Source: Candidatus Omnitrophota bacterium (GTDB lineage Bacteria; Omnitrophota; Gorgyraeia; Duberdicusellales; 4484-171). Taken from it: a stretch of DNA of 64,000 nt. This document shows positions 51,505 through 60,165 of this stretch, piece by piece. Every line of letters starts with the position of its first letter. Position 1 is the stretch's first letter. Both the position numbers and the translations under genes were made by a program. The notes below the pieces were generated by a model. The model was not told the origin of the DNA and ran no database searches. It saw nothing but the letters and a program-made list of their open reading frames with translations. The stretch lies in NCBI GenBank assembly GCA_016935525.1, contig JAFGQU010000004.1, forward strand, positions 1,314 to 65,313, in the 5' to 3' direction.

Positions 51505-51906
51505 TTACACTAAATCGGAAAGTCTCAGTTTTTCGAGGCGGTCCGAGACATAATCCCGTATTTCTTTTAAGACCCGCAATATCTTTTTTTCCTTTTCCAA
51601 AGGCGTATGCGCGTAAAAATATTTACTTACCGACTCACTCGGGGCAAGCGCACCGTCCATCAACCTGGCGATCTCGGCCACACTTATCCTGCCGGCGGAT
51701 TTGGAAAGTCTATACCCGCCGTGAGCGCCGCGTTTAGTCTTTACATAGCGGGCCTGTTTAAGGATAAGGAACAGCTGTTCCAGGTATTTCTTGGAAATAT
51801 CGTACTCGGCGCAGATATCCTCGATCTTTATATACTCGTCTTTCTCGTGACGGGCGATATAGATCAACGCCAGCAATAAATATTCGCTTTTGGTGGTAAG
51901 CCTCAT
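51505..51906 (-). CDS. Rrf2-family regulator lacking Fe-S cysteines (CymR-like)
   Basis: MRLTTKSEY..AL, KYLEQ, RGAHGGYRL, DG.LAP; no C-terminal Cys triad. Confidence 0.9.
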   Translation of the reverse strand: MRLTTKSEYLLLALIYIARHEKDEYIKIEDICAEYDISKKYLEQLFLILKQARYVKTKRGAHGGYRLSKSAGRISVAEIARLMDGALAPSESVSKYFYAHTPLEKEKKILRVLKEIRDYVSDRLEKLRLSDLV

Positions 51907-51909
51907 TTG

Positions 51910-51956
51910 TCTACTTTGTTTATAGAGATTATAGACTAACATGTCCGGCTTGTCAA
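51910..51956 (-). promoter_or_regulatory. Consensus sigma70 promoter plus Rrf2-type operator
   Basis: Perfect TTGACA-N17-TATAAT (51928-51956); TCTAT-N7-GTAGA near-palindrome (51910-51926) between the -10 element and ATG. Confidence 0.75.
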
Positions 51957-52062
51957 ATTATTTTTCAGAACTCTCTGATTACGGTGATTTCTCTGGGCAA
52001 ATATTGCCCAATACCCCTTCCCTCTTTCGGGAGAAGGGATGGAAGATCCGGCGGGATTTTTA

Positions 52063-52365
52063 TTATTTCACTAATACCAGGAGCATTTTGAATCTTTCGG
52101 GCGCGTGGAGACTGTGGGGCTTATGGGCCGGCATAACGATCATCTGGCCCTCTACCGCCTTATGCACTTCTTTGTCAATGGTGATCTCGGCGCACCCGTC
52201 TAAAATATACACTAACGCGTCAAACGGCGCGGTATGTTCGCTTAATCCCTGGCCTTTATCGAACGCGAATACCGTGACGGTGCCGGTCGTTTTTTTGATG
52301 ATCTCTTTACTCACGACCGCGCCGGCCTGATAACTTACCAGATCTTTTAGATTCTCCGCATTCAT
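52063..52365 (-). CDS. Cupin domain protein
   Basis: FAFDKGQGLSEHTAPFDA, MPA.KPHSL. Confidence 0.92.
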   Translation of the reverse strand: MNAENLKDLVSYQAGAVVSKEIIKKTTGTVTVFAFDKGQGLSEHTAPFDALVYILDGCAEITIDKEVHKAVEGQMIVMPAHKPHSLHAPERFKMLLVLVK

Positions 52366-52475
52366 ATTATTCCTTTCTTTTTTCGTCTGTGAAATGTGCT
52401 GCGCTTTTCTTACGAAAAAGCCATAGTCACACGTTTATTAAATCCTATCAGCCTTACAGGTTACCGAAGACGGAT

Positions 52476-52853
52476 TCATTTTTTCCGGCGGCGCGGCTTT
52501 TTAGCTTTACGTTTTTTTCTGATTTCCTCTAAATAAGCGTCCAGCGCCTGAGGAGTAGAAAGAAGAATTTCATAAAACGGGCCGTGGTGTTCGCACTCAG
52601 CCTGAGTATACCGGCGGCACCGGCTGGGCCGTTGTTCATAGATCGCGCAACGATTGTCTTTGGTCAGATACATACAGTCACTTTCGATAAGCTGGTACCA
52701 TCGCCGGTGGCGGATGAACACTTTTACTTTCTCAAACTGAAGCTGCCATTTTAGATCTTCGATCTCGGTTTTGGTGACCGGACGGTATATCTGAATCGCG
52801 AGGTTACGGCAGCAAAGCGCGGCGCATGTTCGGCATAAACTATGTACAGACAT
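52476..52853 (-). CDS. YkgJ-family Cys-cluster protein
   Basis: CRTCAALCC, CMYL....CAIYEQRP.RCR.Y. Confidence 0.85.
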   Translation of the reverse strand: MSVHSLCRTCAALCCRNLAIQIYRPVTKTEIEDLKWQLQFEKVKVFIRHRRWYQLIESDCMYLTKDNRCAIYEQRPSRCRRYTQAECEHHGPFYEILLSTPQALDAYLEEIRKKRKAKKPRRRKK

Positions 52854-52896
52854 GGCGGTTACTTTATGTACCTGCTATCTGAGGCGGGTCGAGCCG

Positions 52897-53058
52897 GAAA
52901 TACAGTGGAAATATGCTCAACTCCGTTTCGCGAAATATACCCCTACGGGGTGAAAGAAGTTCGCTTCGTTCACGAAATTGCGGGAAATAGATTGTAACAA
53001 TGTATTCCCATATATTTCTATATCTTTCGCGAGCGTAAGCGAGCATATTTCAATTCGT
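52897..53058. repeat. Palindromic mini-element with imperfect terminal inverted repeats
   Basis: GAAATATGCTC..TCGCGAAA at left, TTTCGCGA..GAGCATATTTC at right; left arm shared with 22465-22508. Confidence 0.7.
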
Positions 53059-53064
53059 TAAGTT

Positions 53065-53571
53065 TTATTGGACCGAAACGATCTTTACGTCAAACTCCAA
53101 AGTCTTACCGGCTAACGGATGGTTCAGATCAAGTATTACCGCATCTTCTTTTACGTCGGTTACGCGAATAGGCACTTGCTGGCCGGTATTGGTCTTCATC
53201 TGCAGATACATTCCCGGTTTCACATTGACATCCGGCGGTAAAGACGTTTTAGGGATCTCTTTCACCGCTTCGGGATTAAATACGCCGTATCCTTCTTCGG
53301 GAGATACGGTGATCTTCTTTTCGTCTCCGGCTTTCATCCCGGCTAACTGTTTGGCAAGACCGGGGATGATCTGTCCGGTTCCTTGAGTATACTCAAAAGG
53401 ACCGCGTCCTTTCGAGGTATCGACTACTTCACCGTCAACCGTGAGGGTATACTCAAAGCTGACCTTACTTCCGTCTTTAATACTCATCTTCTTTGCCCCT
53501 TTCACTTGCTGCGCACCCATCAATACCATAATAACCAGTCCTAACCATAGAATACGTCTTGCCATTTTCAT
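53065..53571 (-). CDS. slyD: FKBP-type peptidyl-prolyl isomerase (SlyD/SlpA-like) with an N-terminal signal-like extension
   Basis: VSFEYTL, GQIIPGL, PEEGYG, DLNHPLAGKTL.F. Confidence 0.85.
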   Translation of the reverse strand: MKMARRILWLGLVIMVLMGAQQVKGAKKMSIKDGSKVSFEYTLTVDGEVVDTSKGRGPFEYTQGTGQIIPGLAKQLAGMKAGDEKKITVSPEEGYGVFNPEAVKEIPKTSLPPDVNVKPGMYLQMKTNTGQQVPIRVTDVKEDAVILDLNHPLAGKTLEFDVKIVSVQ

Positions 53572-53717
53572 AACTTTATCCTTTCTGTTAGAGTGCGATT
53601 TTAAAGAAAACAGTACAAAGCGCAGTTATCTCAAAGCTCTGCGGCATCGAGGTAGCCAAGCTTTTTACTATTCTACCGGATTACGTCTTTTTGTCAACTC
53701 GACCGGCCGGCTAAAAT

Positions 53718-54611
53718 TTACGCGGCTTCTTTCTTTTTATCAAATATCCCCGCCGGAGTATATCCGCCGGAGTCCACTCTCAGACGAGGTAACGGCAGTC
53801 CTGCTTCTTTAAACTTTTTGATCAATTTTTCTCTGATCTCACAACGCAGATCCCAGGTCACGGGGGCATTGGCGCCTTTCCCCAGGATCCTTATTACCAT
53901 ACTCTTTTCGGTAAAGTCCACGACCTGTACGGCCGCGACCTTCTCTGCGGTCGAAAAAGCGCTTTCGTGTACGATCTCTTTTACCCATTTTCTTATCATA
54001 TCCACATCACAGGTATAATCGACATACAGCATTACGACCCCTAAGAGCGAAGGATCTTTTATCGTCCAGTTCTGAATCACTTTTTTTGAAAGGACATCAT
54101 TGGGTACGATGATACGGCGGTTATCCCAGGTACGGATAATGGTATTCATAAGCGAAATCTCTTCGATCCACCCAAAATCGTCCTCAAAGATCACCGCGTC
54201 GTTCAGCCTTACCGGCTGGGCGAATGAGATGGAAATGCCGGCGATGATATTGGAAAGCGAGTTCTGAGCCGCCATGCCGATCACGACACCGGCGATACCG
54301 GCGGACGCCAACAGTCCGGTCCCGATATTACGCATCGCCTCGAATTGAAGCAGGAAAAGAATAAACGCAAAAAAGTAGATACCTACCGACAGGATCCTCC
54401 GGGTGATCAGAAATTTTGTTTCTATCGAAGAGATATCCGCGGACCTCTTTTTTTCCAATTCGCCGATAAGCTGCGTATACCAGCGGGATAAGAAAACGCG
54501 TAATATCCGCGTGATGATTACCGCGGCGATAAAAATAAGAAGCGTAGTCAACACTTTAGGTATCACCTGTTCGTTCATCGATAAAACGTATTCCTGTAAT
54601 CTTTGCCACAT
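53718..54611 (-). CDS. mscS: Small-conductance mechanosensitive channel
   Basis: LLASAGIAG..IG.AAQ..LSN..AG, G.IEEI.L..T.IRTWD. Confidence 0.9.
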   Translation of the reverse strand: MWQRLQEYVLSMNEQVIPKVLTTLLIFIAAVIITRILRVFLSRWYTQLIGELEKKRSADISSIETKFLITRRILSVGIYFFAFILFLLQFEAMRNIGTGLLASAGIAGVVIGMAAQNSLSNIIAGISISFAQPVRLNDAVIFEDDFGWIEEISLMNTIIRTWDNRRIIVPNDVLSKKVIQNWTIKDPSLLGVVMLYVDYTCDVDMIRKWVKEIVHESAFSTAEKVAAVQVVDFTEKSMVIRILGKGANAPVTWDLRCEIREKLIKKFKEAGLPLPRLRVDSGGYTPAGIFDKKKEAA

Positions 54612-54650
54612 AGGTTCTCCCCCTCTTTGTCACACGTTCGGTGTTACGAT

Positions 54651-55526
54651 CTATTTATTGCCCGCTAAACGATCTATCGCCGGAGTGAGCTGCACATGGA
54701 CGTCCTGTTGCGGAAAAGGTACAGTGATCTTTTCACGACGGAACGATTCATCGATCGCGTAATTGATCTGGCTGCGCAGGAGATATTGTTTTTCCGGTTT
54801 CTCGGTCCAGATTAAAAGGTCAAAATCAAGCGATGAGTTTCCGAACCGCAAGAACCATACGTCCGGCGCCGGAGTATCCAGCACATCGGGATGGTTACGG
54901 GCAACCGCCAGTAATGTTTCTTTTACTTTCGGGATATCTGAACCGTAAGCTACCCCGACCGGACAATGTATCCGTACCCGCGTATCGCCGTAGGCCCAAT
55001 TGGTCACCTGATTTTCGATGAATTTAGCGTTAGGGACGATGATCGAAACGTTATCGAGCGTATTAATCACGGTCGCCCGCATGTTCACATTCGATACGAT
55101 ACCCACCTTATCCTCAATACTGATAAAATCACCTACTCCGACCGGCCGTTCGATAAGCAGAATCAATCCGGAAATAAAATTAGAAGTGAGATTTTGAAGC
55201 CCGAATCCGATACCTACCCCTAAAAACCCGAACATCACGGTAAGGCTGCCCAGGTTTATACCGATAAACTGGGTCGCCAGGATCAATCCCAGTACGATAA
55301 CCGTATAATGGGCAATACGTTGAAACGCATACGTCATCGCATCGGAAAAATGGAGACTCTTTTTGAGCCGTATCGCGATAAGCCGACGCACGACGCCGGA
55401 GATGACCAGTGAAAAAAGAAACACGAACAGGCCGCTGGTGATACCGCCTAAGGTCACCGGCCCGCCGCCGATATAGATGATCGGCGTATTTATCCATTGA
55501 AGAAGTGTTCCAAAAAACTCGTTCAT
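54651..55526 (-). CDS. mscS: Small-conductance mechanosensitive channel (second paralog)
   Basis: GVGIGFGLQN..SNFISG..LL.ERP..VGD, IIVPN, VGVAYGSD, PFPQQD. Confidence 0.92.
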   Translation of the reverse strand: MNEFFGTLLQWINTPIIYIGGGPVTLGGITSGLFVFLFSLVISGVVRRLIAIRLKKSLHFSDAMTYAFQRIAHYTVIVLGLILATQFIGINLGSLTVMFGFLGVGIGFGLQNLTSNFISGLILLIERPVGVGDFISIEDKVGIVSNVNMRATVINTLDNVSIIVPNAKFIENQVTNWAYGDTRVRIHCPVGVAYGSDIPKVKETLLAVARNHPDVLDTPAPDVWFLRFGNSSLDFDLLIWTEKPEKQYLLRSQINYAIDESFRREKITVPFPQQDVHVQLTPAIDRLAGNK

Positions 55527-55795
55527 AATTTCCCCCAGCACATTAAAATACCTATTAAGATAAAAAGGGTCCCGCCGCCATAACGGATGAGCTCAGGTCT
55601 TAGGGCTTTGCCTAATAATACGCCGATAATCACCGAAAGGCCGGTCACGACTATATATGCCGAAACCGAAGCGAGAAAGACCGTTAAGGGTTTCCCGGAT
55701 TTCGCCGTCATGCTTATCCCGATCATTTGAGTCTTATCGGCAAGTTCCGCCAGAAAAATTGCACCGAACGTCGCAGTAAAGATTGGCCAATTCAT
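55523..55795 (-). CDS. Single-domain TMEM165/GDT1 (UPF0016) transporter
   Basis: IFLAELADKTQ motif, 3 TM. Confidence 0.88.
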   Translation of the reverse strand: MNWPIFTATFGAIFLAELADKTQMIGISMTAKSGKPLTVFLASVSAYIVVTGLSVIIGVLLGKALRPELIRYGGGTLFILIGILMCWGKL

Positions 55796-55810
55796 TATAT
55801 ATCTCCTCTA

Positions 55811-56425
55811 TTATTGTTTGTTCCAGATCTTATTTAAATATCGGTCCCGGCCGGAATGATAACGGTAAAACTTATACTTTATCGGATGGGTTTTATAATA
55901 ATCCTGATGGTAACCTTCGGCCGGATAAAAATCGCCGGCTTTGATGATTTCGGTCACAATCGGGGCATCATACCGCCCGGATTTTCCGATATCCTTTTTT
56001 GATTGTTCGGCGTGTTGTCTTTGCTCTTCGTTATGATAAAAGATCGCGCTGCGGTACTGGGAACCGCGGTCAACAAACTGGCCGCCGGAATCGGTAGGAT
56101 TTATCTGCCGCCAGAATACGTCCAAAAGTTGCCGGTAGGTTATTCGCGAAGGATCATAAGGCACTTCTATCGCTTCGATGTATCCTTTTTCGGCGTAATC
56201 ACCGTAGGTAGGATTTTTTCCCTGCCCACCGATATATCCGGAGATCACATTTCCTACTCCGTCGATTTTTTCAAACGCCGATTCCATACACCAGAAACAT
56301 CCGCCGGCGAACGTAGCTTTTTCCATCGTGCCCGCTCCTTTATTTTTTTCGTAACTCTGCGCCGCACCGTATCCTAACACAAAAAGAACACACACCAGGC
56401 TTATTTTAAAAATAATACCTCTCAT
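55811..56425 (-). CDS. msrA: Peptide methionine sulfoxide reductase A, exported
   Basis: Signal peptide; FAGGCFWC, GQFVDRG.QY, FYPAE.YHQDY, SGR. Confidence 0.95.
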   Translation of the reverse strand: MRGIIFKISLVCVLFVLGYGAAQSYEKNKGAGTMEKATFAGGCFWCMESAFEKIDGVGNVISGYIGGQGKNPTYGDYAEKGYIEAIEVPYDPSRITYRQLLDVFWRQINPTDSGGQFVDRGSQYRSAIFYHNEEQRQHAEQSKKDIGKSGRYDAPIVTEIIKAGDFYPAEGYHQDYYKTHPIKYKFYRYHSGRDRYLNKIWNKQ

Positions 56426-56451
56426 CGTTCTCCCTCTTTTTCCGTTTTTCT

Positions 56452-57444
56452 TTATACACTATTTTTCAATATTCTCTGGGCGGCGGCGTACCCTTCTTCA
56501 ATCGCTTCTTTACCGCGATGAAAGTCCAGGATACCGATATGCATATTATCGGGAATGATCACGATATCGCCCTTCTCGGCTTTATACCGGGCGATCTCAT
56601 ACTCCATGGAAAACATGGTCTGACTGAGCACATAAAAAATGTCGGGGGTATCGGAATCTATTTTTCCCCATACCCGGGGAAGTTTGTTCCATAACGTATC
56701 GACAAAACCCTGGACCTTATTTATTTTCTCACTTCCTTCTTTTGAAAACATATCCAGTTGAGCTTCTACCGCAGTATTTTCTTTCGATGGGATGTTCTCT
56801 TCGGTATGTTCAGAAAATGCTTTCGCTCCGGCTCTTTTACGGTGGATCGGAGGCAAGATCACGTTACTTACGATAATCCGGTCGGCACCCATTTTCCGCG
56901 CGATATCTACAGGCACCGGATCGACAATCCCTCCGTCGATAAGGAACCGGTCACCGTATTTTACCGGGATAAATATCACCGGCATCGAAATACTGGCCCG
57001 GACCGCTTCAATCACCGACCCTCTATCGAGGATCACCGCTTCCCCAGTATGGGCGTCGGTCGCAACGACGGAAAGGGGTATTTTCAAATCACCGAAATGT
57101 ACATCTCCGATCACTGTTTTCAGGAGCTCGTTCACTTTCTTCCCGTGAATGAACCCTTTGAACATCACGGCCAGATCTATATCGGCAAGATTCAGAAGGC
57201 GGGTAAAATTCGTCTTTAATACTACCCGTTCAAATTCTTCGATACTGCCGGATTTCGCATAACATGCCCCCACTAATGCCCCGATACTGGTACCGGCGAT
57301 CATATCGATCGATATGTTCCGTTCTTCCAACGCTTTGATCACGCCGATATGGGATAACCCACGTGCCGCGCCGCTGCTTAAGACAAGCGCGGTCTTTTCT
57401 GTTTTCCGTAAAGATCGAAACCACTTCACTATATTCTTCATCAT
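56452..57444 (-). CDS. Patatin-like phospholipase (RssA/NTE-like)
   Basis: SGAARG..HIGV, GTSIG, ASIS.P, DGG. Confidence 0.92.
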   Translation of the reverse strand: MMKNIVKWFRSLRKTEKTALVLSSGAARGLSHIGVIKALEERNISIDMIAGTSIGALVGACYAKSGSIEEFERVVLKTNFTRLLNLADIDLAVMFKGFIHGKKVNELLKTVIGDVHFGDLKIPLSVVATDAHTGEAVILDRGSVIEAVRASISMPVIFIPVKYGDRFLIDGGIVDPVPVDIARKMGADRIIVSNVILPPIHRKRAGAKAFSEHTEENIPSKENTAVEAQLDMFSKEGSEKINKVQGFVDTLWNKLPRVWGKIDSDTPDIFYVLSQTMFSMEYEIARYKAEKGDIVIIPDNMHIGILDFHRGKEAIEEGYAAAQRILKNSV

Positions 57445-57627
57445 GATTATTCAGTTTTTCTCAAGGCACGGACGATAAAGGGAATTTACCCCATAACTTC
57501 GTTATTTTACCACTTTATCGGAACTATGGGAATGCATTAACCGGGAAGAAAAATAATGGGGGAATGGCAGGTAGCGCAAGGTGCCGCCTTCCCGCTGGCA
57601 ACAGGAATAATCATATTAACACACTAC

Positions 57628-58236
57628 TCATCTACTCTCGATAACAAACACTTCCTGAATATCGTTAGAATACATTTTCGTCATATAATCCCGTGGCGGA
57701 CAATATTCCTGTAATTGCGACAAAGAGGAGTAATGAGAAGAATGAGACTTTCCTTTCATCTGATGGATATCGTGGATCAATTGCATCCCTTTTTTGGTGA
57801 AATCGCTCAATATACACTTACCCTCTCGTCGCAACACCCGCAGCGCTTCAGTAAGGACTTTCCCGGGAGAATCGAAATGATGGATGGAATTTACGCAAAA
57901 TATAGTCTTAAAAGTGGCATCGGGAAAAGGCATGCTCTCGGCATTGTAAATACGGAAATCGACTTTACCCCTTAAAGGTAATGACCGTATCAACCTTTGA
58001 GCGAAATCTTGTTCCGCGCGCGAGATATCGATACTGATCAACGAGTAACCTTGTTGGGCAAGTTCAAGAGTCATATACCCTTTTCCCGTACCGATCTCCA
58101 ATATCGGTTCATAAAACGGAAATGCCGATTCAAAGATAAATTTACGCTGGGATTCGATATCGTAACCGTGCTCCTTATAAAATTCTATTCGTTCCACATA
58201 TCGTTGATACTGCTGACTGGTCACCTCAATTTTCAT
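57628..58236 (-). CDS. Class I SAM-dependent methyltransferase
   Basis: LEIGTGKG, SIDIS, MPFPD.TF, RVLRREG. Confidence 0.88.
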   Translation of the reverse strand: MKIEVTSQQYQRYVERIEFYKEHGYDIESQRKFIFESAFPFYEPILEIGTGKGYMTLELAQQGYSLISIDISRAEQDFAQRLIRSLPLRGKVDFRIYNAESMPFPDATFKTIFCVNSIHHFDSPGKVLTEALRVLRREGKCILSDFTKKGMQLIHDIHQMKGKSHSSHYSSLSQLQEYCPPRDYMTKMYSNDIQEVFVIESR

Positions 58237-58299
58237 CGTTTCTCCTCCTGTAGAAAATAATTTCCACCAGAAAAATCAACCCAATAAACCTCGCTGGAT

Positions 58300-58617
58300 T
58301 CAGCATTTTTGCTTATATTGTTCTATTACTGATTTGACCGTGCCGGAGACTCCGGTAATCATCTTCACTCCGGCAGCTCCAAGGGTATTAGAGGCATTCG
58401 GCCCTACATTACCGGTAAATACTATGAGCACTCCTTTTTGCGCGACCAGTTGAGCCGGCTGGATGCCGGCTCCGCCGGCGATATTCACATCGGGGTTAGC
58501 CACACCTTCAAAAGAATCGCTTTCGGTATCGGCAAAGATAAAGTAGGCACATCGGCCGAATCGAGGATCAACCTGACTCTCAAGATCATCACCCTGAGCG
58601 GTTACACATATTTTCAT
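58300..58617 (-). CDS. NifB/NifX-family protein
   Basis: VDPRFGRC.YF, GGAGI, TGNVGPNA. Confidence 0.92.
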   Translation of the reverse strand: MKICVTAQGDDLESQVDPRFGRCAYFIFADTESDSFEGVANPDVNIAGGAGIQPAQLVAQKGVLIVFTGNVGPNASNTLGAAGVKMITGVSGTVKSVIEQYKQKC

Positions 58618-58726
58618 AATTTCTTCTCTACTGAATGTGAGGGATATTTATTTTTTCGAAAAGGAATGGGCGAGTCATCGCAGGAGACAATGCTCCCCAG
58701 AGACTTCTCAGCGCCGTTGATCCTTT

Positions 58727-59122
58727 TCACTCCTCATGCGAATGATCACATTCGTCTTTTTCCACGCCATATCCTTTTCCTGCCCCGGGTTTACAGAGAC
58801 TTTCTCCGCCTTTTAAAGTGCCGGCAGCAGCTTCCTTCATTATCTCGTCGATCTTACCACGTATCCCCACGACGGTCCGAATACCCGCCTGAACAAACAG
58901 ATCCTGTGCCCGCTGCCCCATCCCTCCGGCGACAATCGCATTGACCCCCTGTTGTTGTAAAAACCGAGGTAAAAATCCGGGATGGTGTCCGGGATTATCA
59001 ATTGTCATCTTATTTACCAGCCGACCATTGTCTATCTCAACAATGGTAAAAGAAGGACAACGGCCAAAATGAGCTGATACATATTCTCCATCTGTAGATA
59101 TCGCAAACTTCAAAATATCCAC
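58727..59122 (-). CDS. NifB/NifX-family protein with a Cys/His-rich tail
   Basis: VSAHFGRC, HHPG.LP, AGGMG.RA, C-terminal LC...ECDHSHEE. Confidence 0.92.
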   Translation of the reverse strand: MDILKFAISTDGEYVSAHFGRCPSFTIVEIDNGRLVNKMTIDNPGHHPGFLPRFLQQQGVNAIVAGGMGQRAQDLFVQAGIRTVVGIRGKIDEIMKEAAAGTLKGGESLCKPGAGKGYGVEKDECDHSHEE

Positions 59123-59131
59123 CTCCTTACA

Positions 59132-59171
59132 AATCCCTCCGTTTCGCTCTTAAGAGCGAAACGGAGGGATT
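59132..59171. repeat. Perfect 40-bp palindrome
   Basis: AATCCCTCCGTTTCGCTCTT|AAGAGCGAAACGGAGGGATT, no spacer. Confidence 0.9.
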
Positions 59172-59186
59172 GATTATTCTCTTTTT

Positions 59187-59534
59187 TTATTCCTCTTTGG
59201 TCGATTCTAACTCTTTGATACGCTGGTTGATCACATTGATTTCATCCTGCATCGTATGGGCCTCTTCTCTAAGCATTTGACTCTCTTCCTGCCGGCTCAT
59301 ATTTGTAGCGGGGCCATGACCACCATAAGCGTAAGGGGCCGGATACCAACGCCAGCCAAAACCACGCCCCATACCGCGGCCAAAGCCTCTTCCCCTCCCG
59401 CGCCCAGGACCAAACCTTCCCCTCCCAGAGCCAGAGGGCATATGTCCCGGAACGGCATAGCCGGCACAAAAACCTCTTCCTCCTCCAGTCATCGCGCCTT
59501 GGCCAGAAGGACCTGTACCATCAAATCTTGGCAT
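59187..59534 (-). CDS. DUF5320-family protein
   Basis: MP.FDGTGP.G.G.MTG.GRGFC, Gly/Arg-rich middle, C-terminal coiled coil. Confidence 0.9.
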   Translation of the reverse strand: MPRFDGTGPSGQGAMTGGGRGFCAGYAVPGHMPSGSGRGRFGPGRGRGRGFGRGMGRGFGWRWYPAPYAYGGHGPATNMSRQEESQMLREEAHTMQDEINVINQRIKELESTKEE

Positions 59535-59550
59535 ATTACACCTCCTTTTA

Positions 59551-59575
59551 ATTATTGAAAATCATTTTCAATAAT
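59551..59575. promoter_or_regulatory. Fur box (perfect 12-1-12 inverted repeat)
   Basis: ATTATTGAAAAT-C-ATTTTCAATAAT between fur and DUF5320. Confidence 0.85.
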
Positions 59576-59588
59576 ATTTTAAAAAAAA

Positions 59589-60068
59589 TTATACTGTTTT
59601 TTTACGACATTTACCGCACGTTCCGTAAAACTGGATAAGATGTTTTTCTATAGAAAAATCGTACTTTTCCATTAACCCTCTTTCGGTCTTCTCCAGGAGT
59701 TCTTTTTCCTGATCGATAAATTCGGTATAATCGATAACCCGTTTACAACGAGTACAAACCAGATGATGATGATGGCCTTTTTTTACCTGGAATTCTTCGG
59801 CCAACTCATAACGGGCCCGCCGATCGCCGAAATCGAACTTAAACAATACCCCCATATCGGCAAGCAGTTCTAACGTACGGTATACCGTGGTTAACCCGAC
59901 ATGAGGATAACTCTTTTGGACAGCCAGATATATATCTTCGGCACTGAGATGTTTTTCGGTCCCGCTTAATACCTCAAGAATAACCTGCCGGGGCACGGTC
60001 ATACGGTACCCGCGCCCTTGAAACTTCGGCTGCCACCAGGATTGTCCTTGTCTACATCTTTTCTGCAT
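59589..60068 (-). CDS. fur: Fur-family transcriptional regulator
   Basis: T.PR..IL, HLSAE, TVYRTL, HHHHLVCTRC, FYGTCGKC. Confidence 0.93.
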   Translation of the reverse strand: MQKRCRQGQSWWQPKFQGRGYRMTVPRQVILEVLSGTEKHLSAEDIYLAVQKSYPHVGLTTVYRTLELLADMGVLFKFDFGDRRARYELAEEFQVKKGHHHHLVCTRCKRVIDYTEFIDQEKELLEKTERGLMEKYDFSIEKHLIQFYGTCGKCRKKTV

Positions 60069-60075
60069 ATTTACT

Positions 60076-60136
60076 ATTATTGAAAATGGTTTTCATTATC
60101 AATTAAAGTATACCTCCCCTTCCGGGTAGTTGTCAA
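60076..60136 (-). promoter_or_regulatory. fur promoter with Fur box
   Basis: TTGACA-N18-TATACT; minus-strand GATAATGAAAACCATTTTC matches the canonical Fur box at 16/19. Confidence 0.8.
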
Positions 60137-60165
60137 GATATACTTCTTTTGTTCTCAAGAGAAGA

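Noticed and set aside
58300-59122. Nitrogen fixation cluster
   Set aside because: Only stand-alone NifB/X-fold genes are present; no nifHDK or nifEN.
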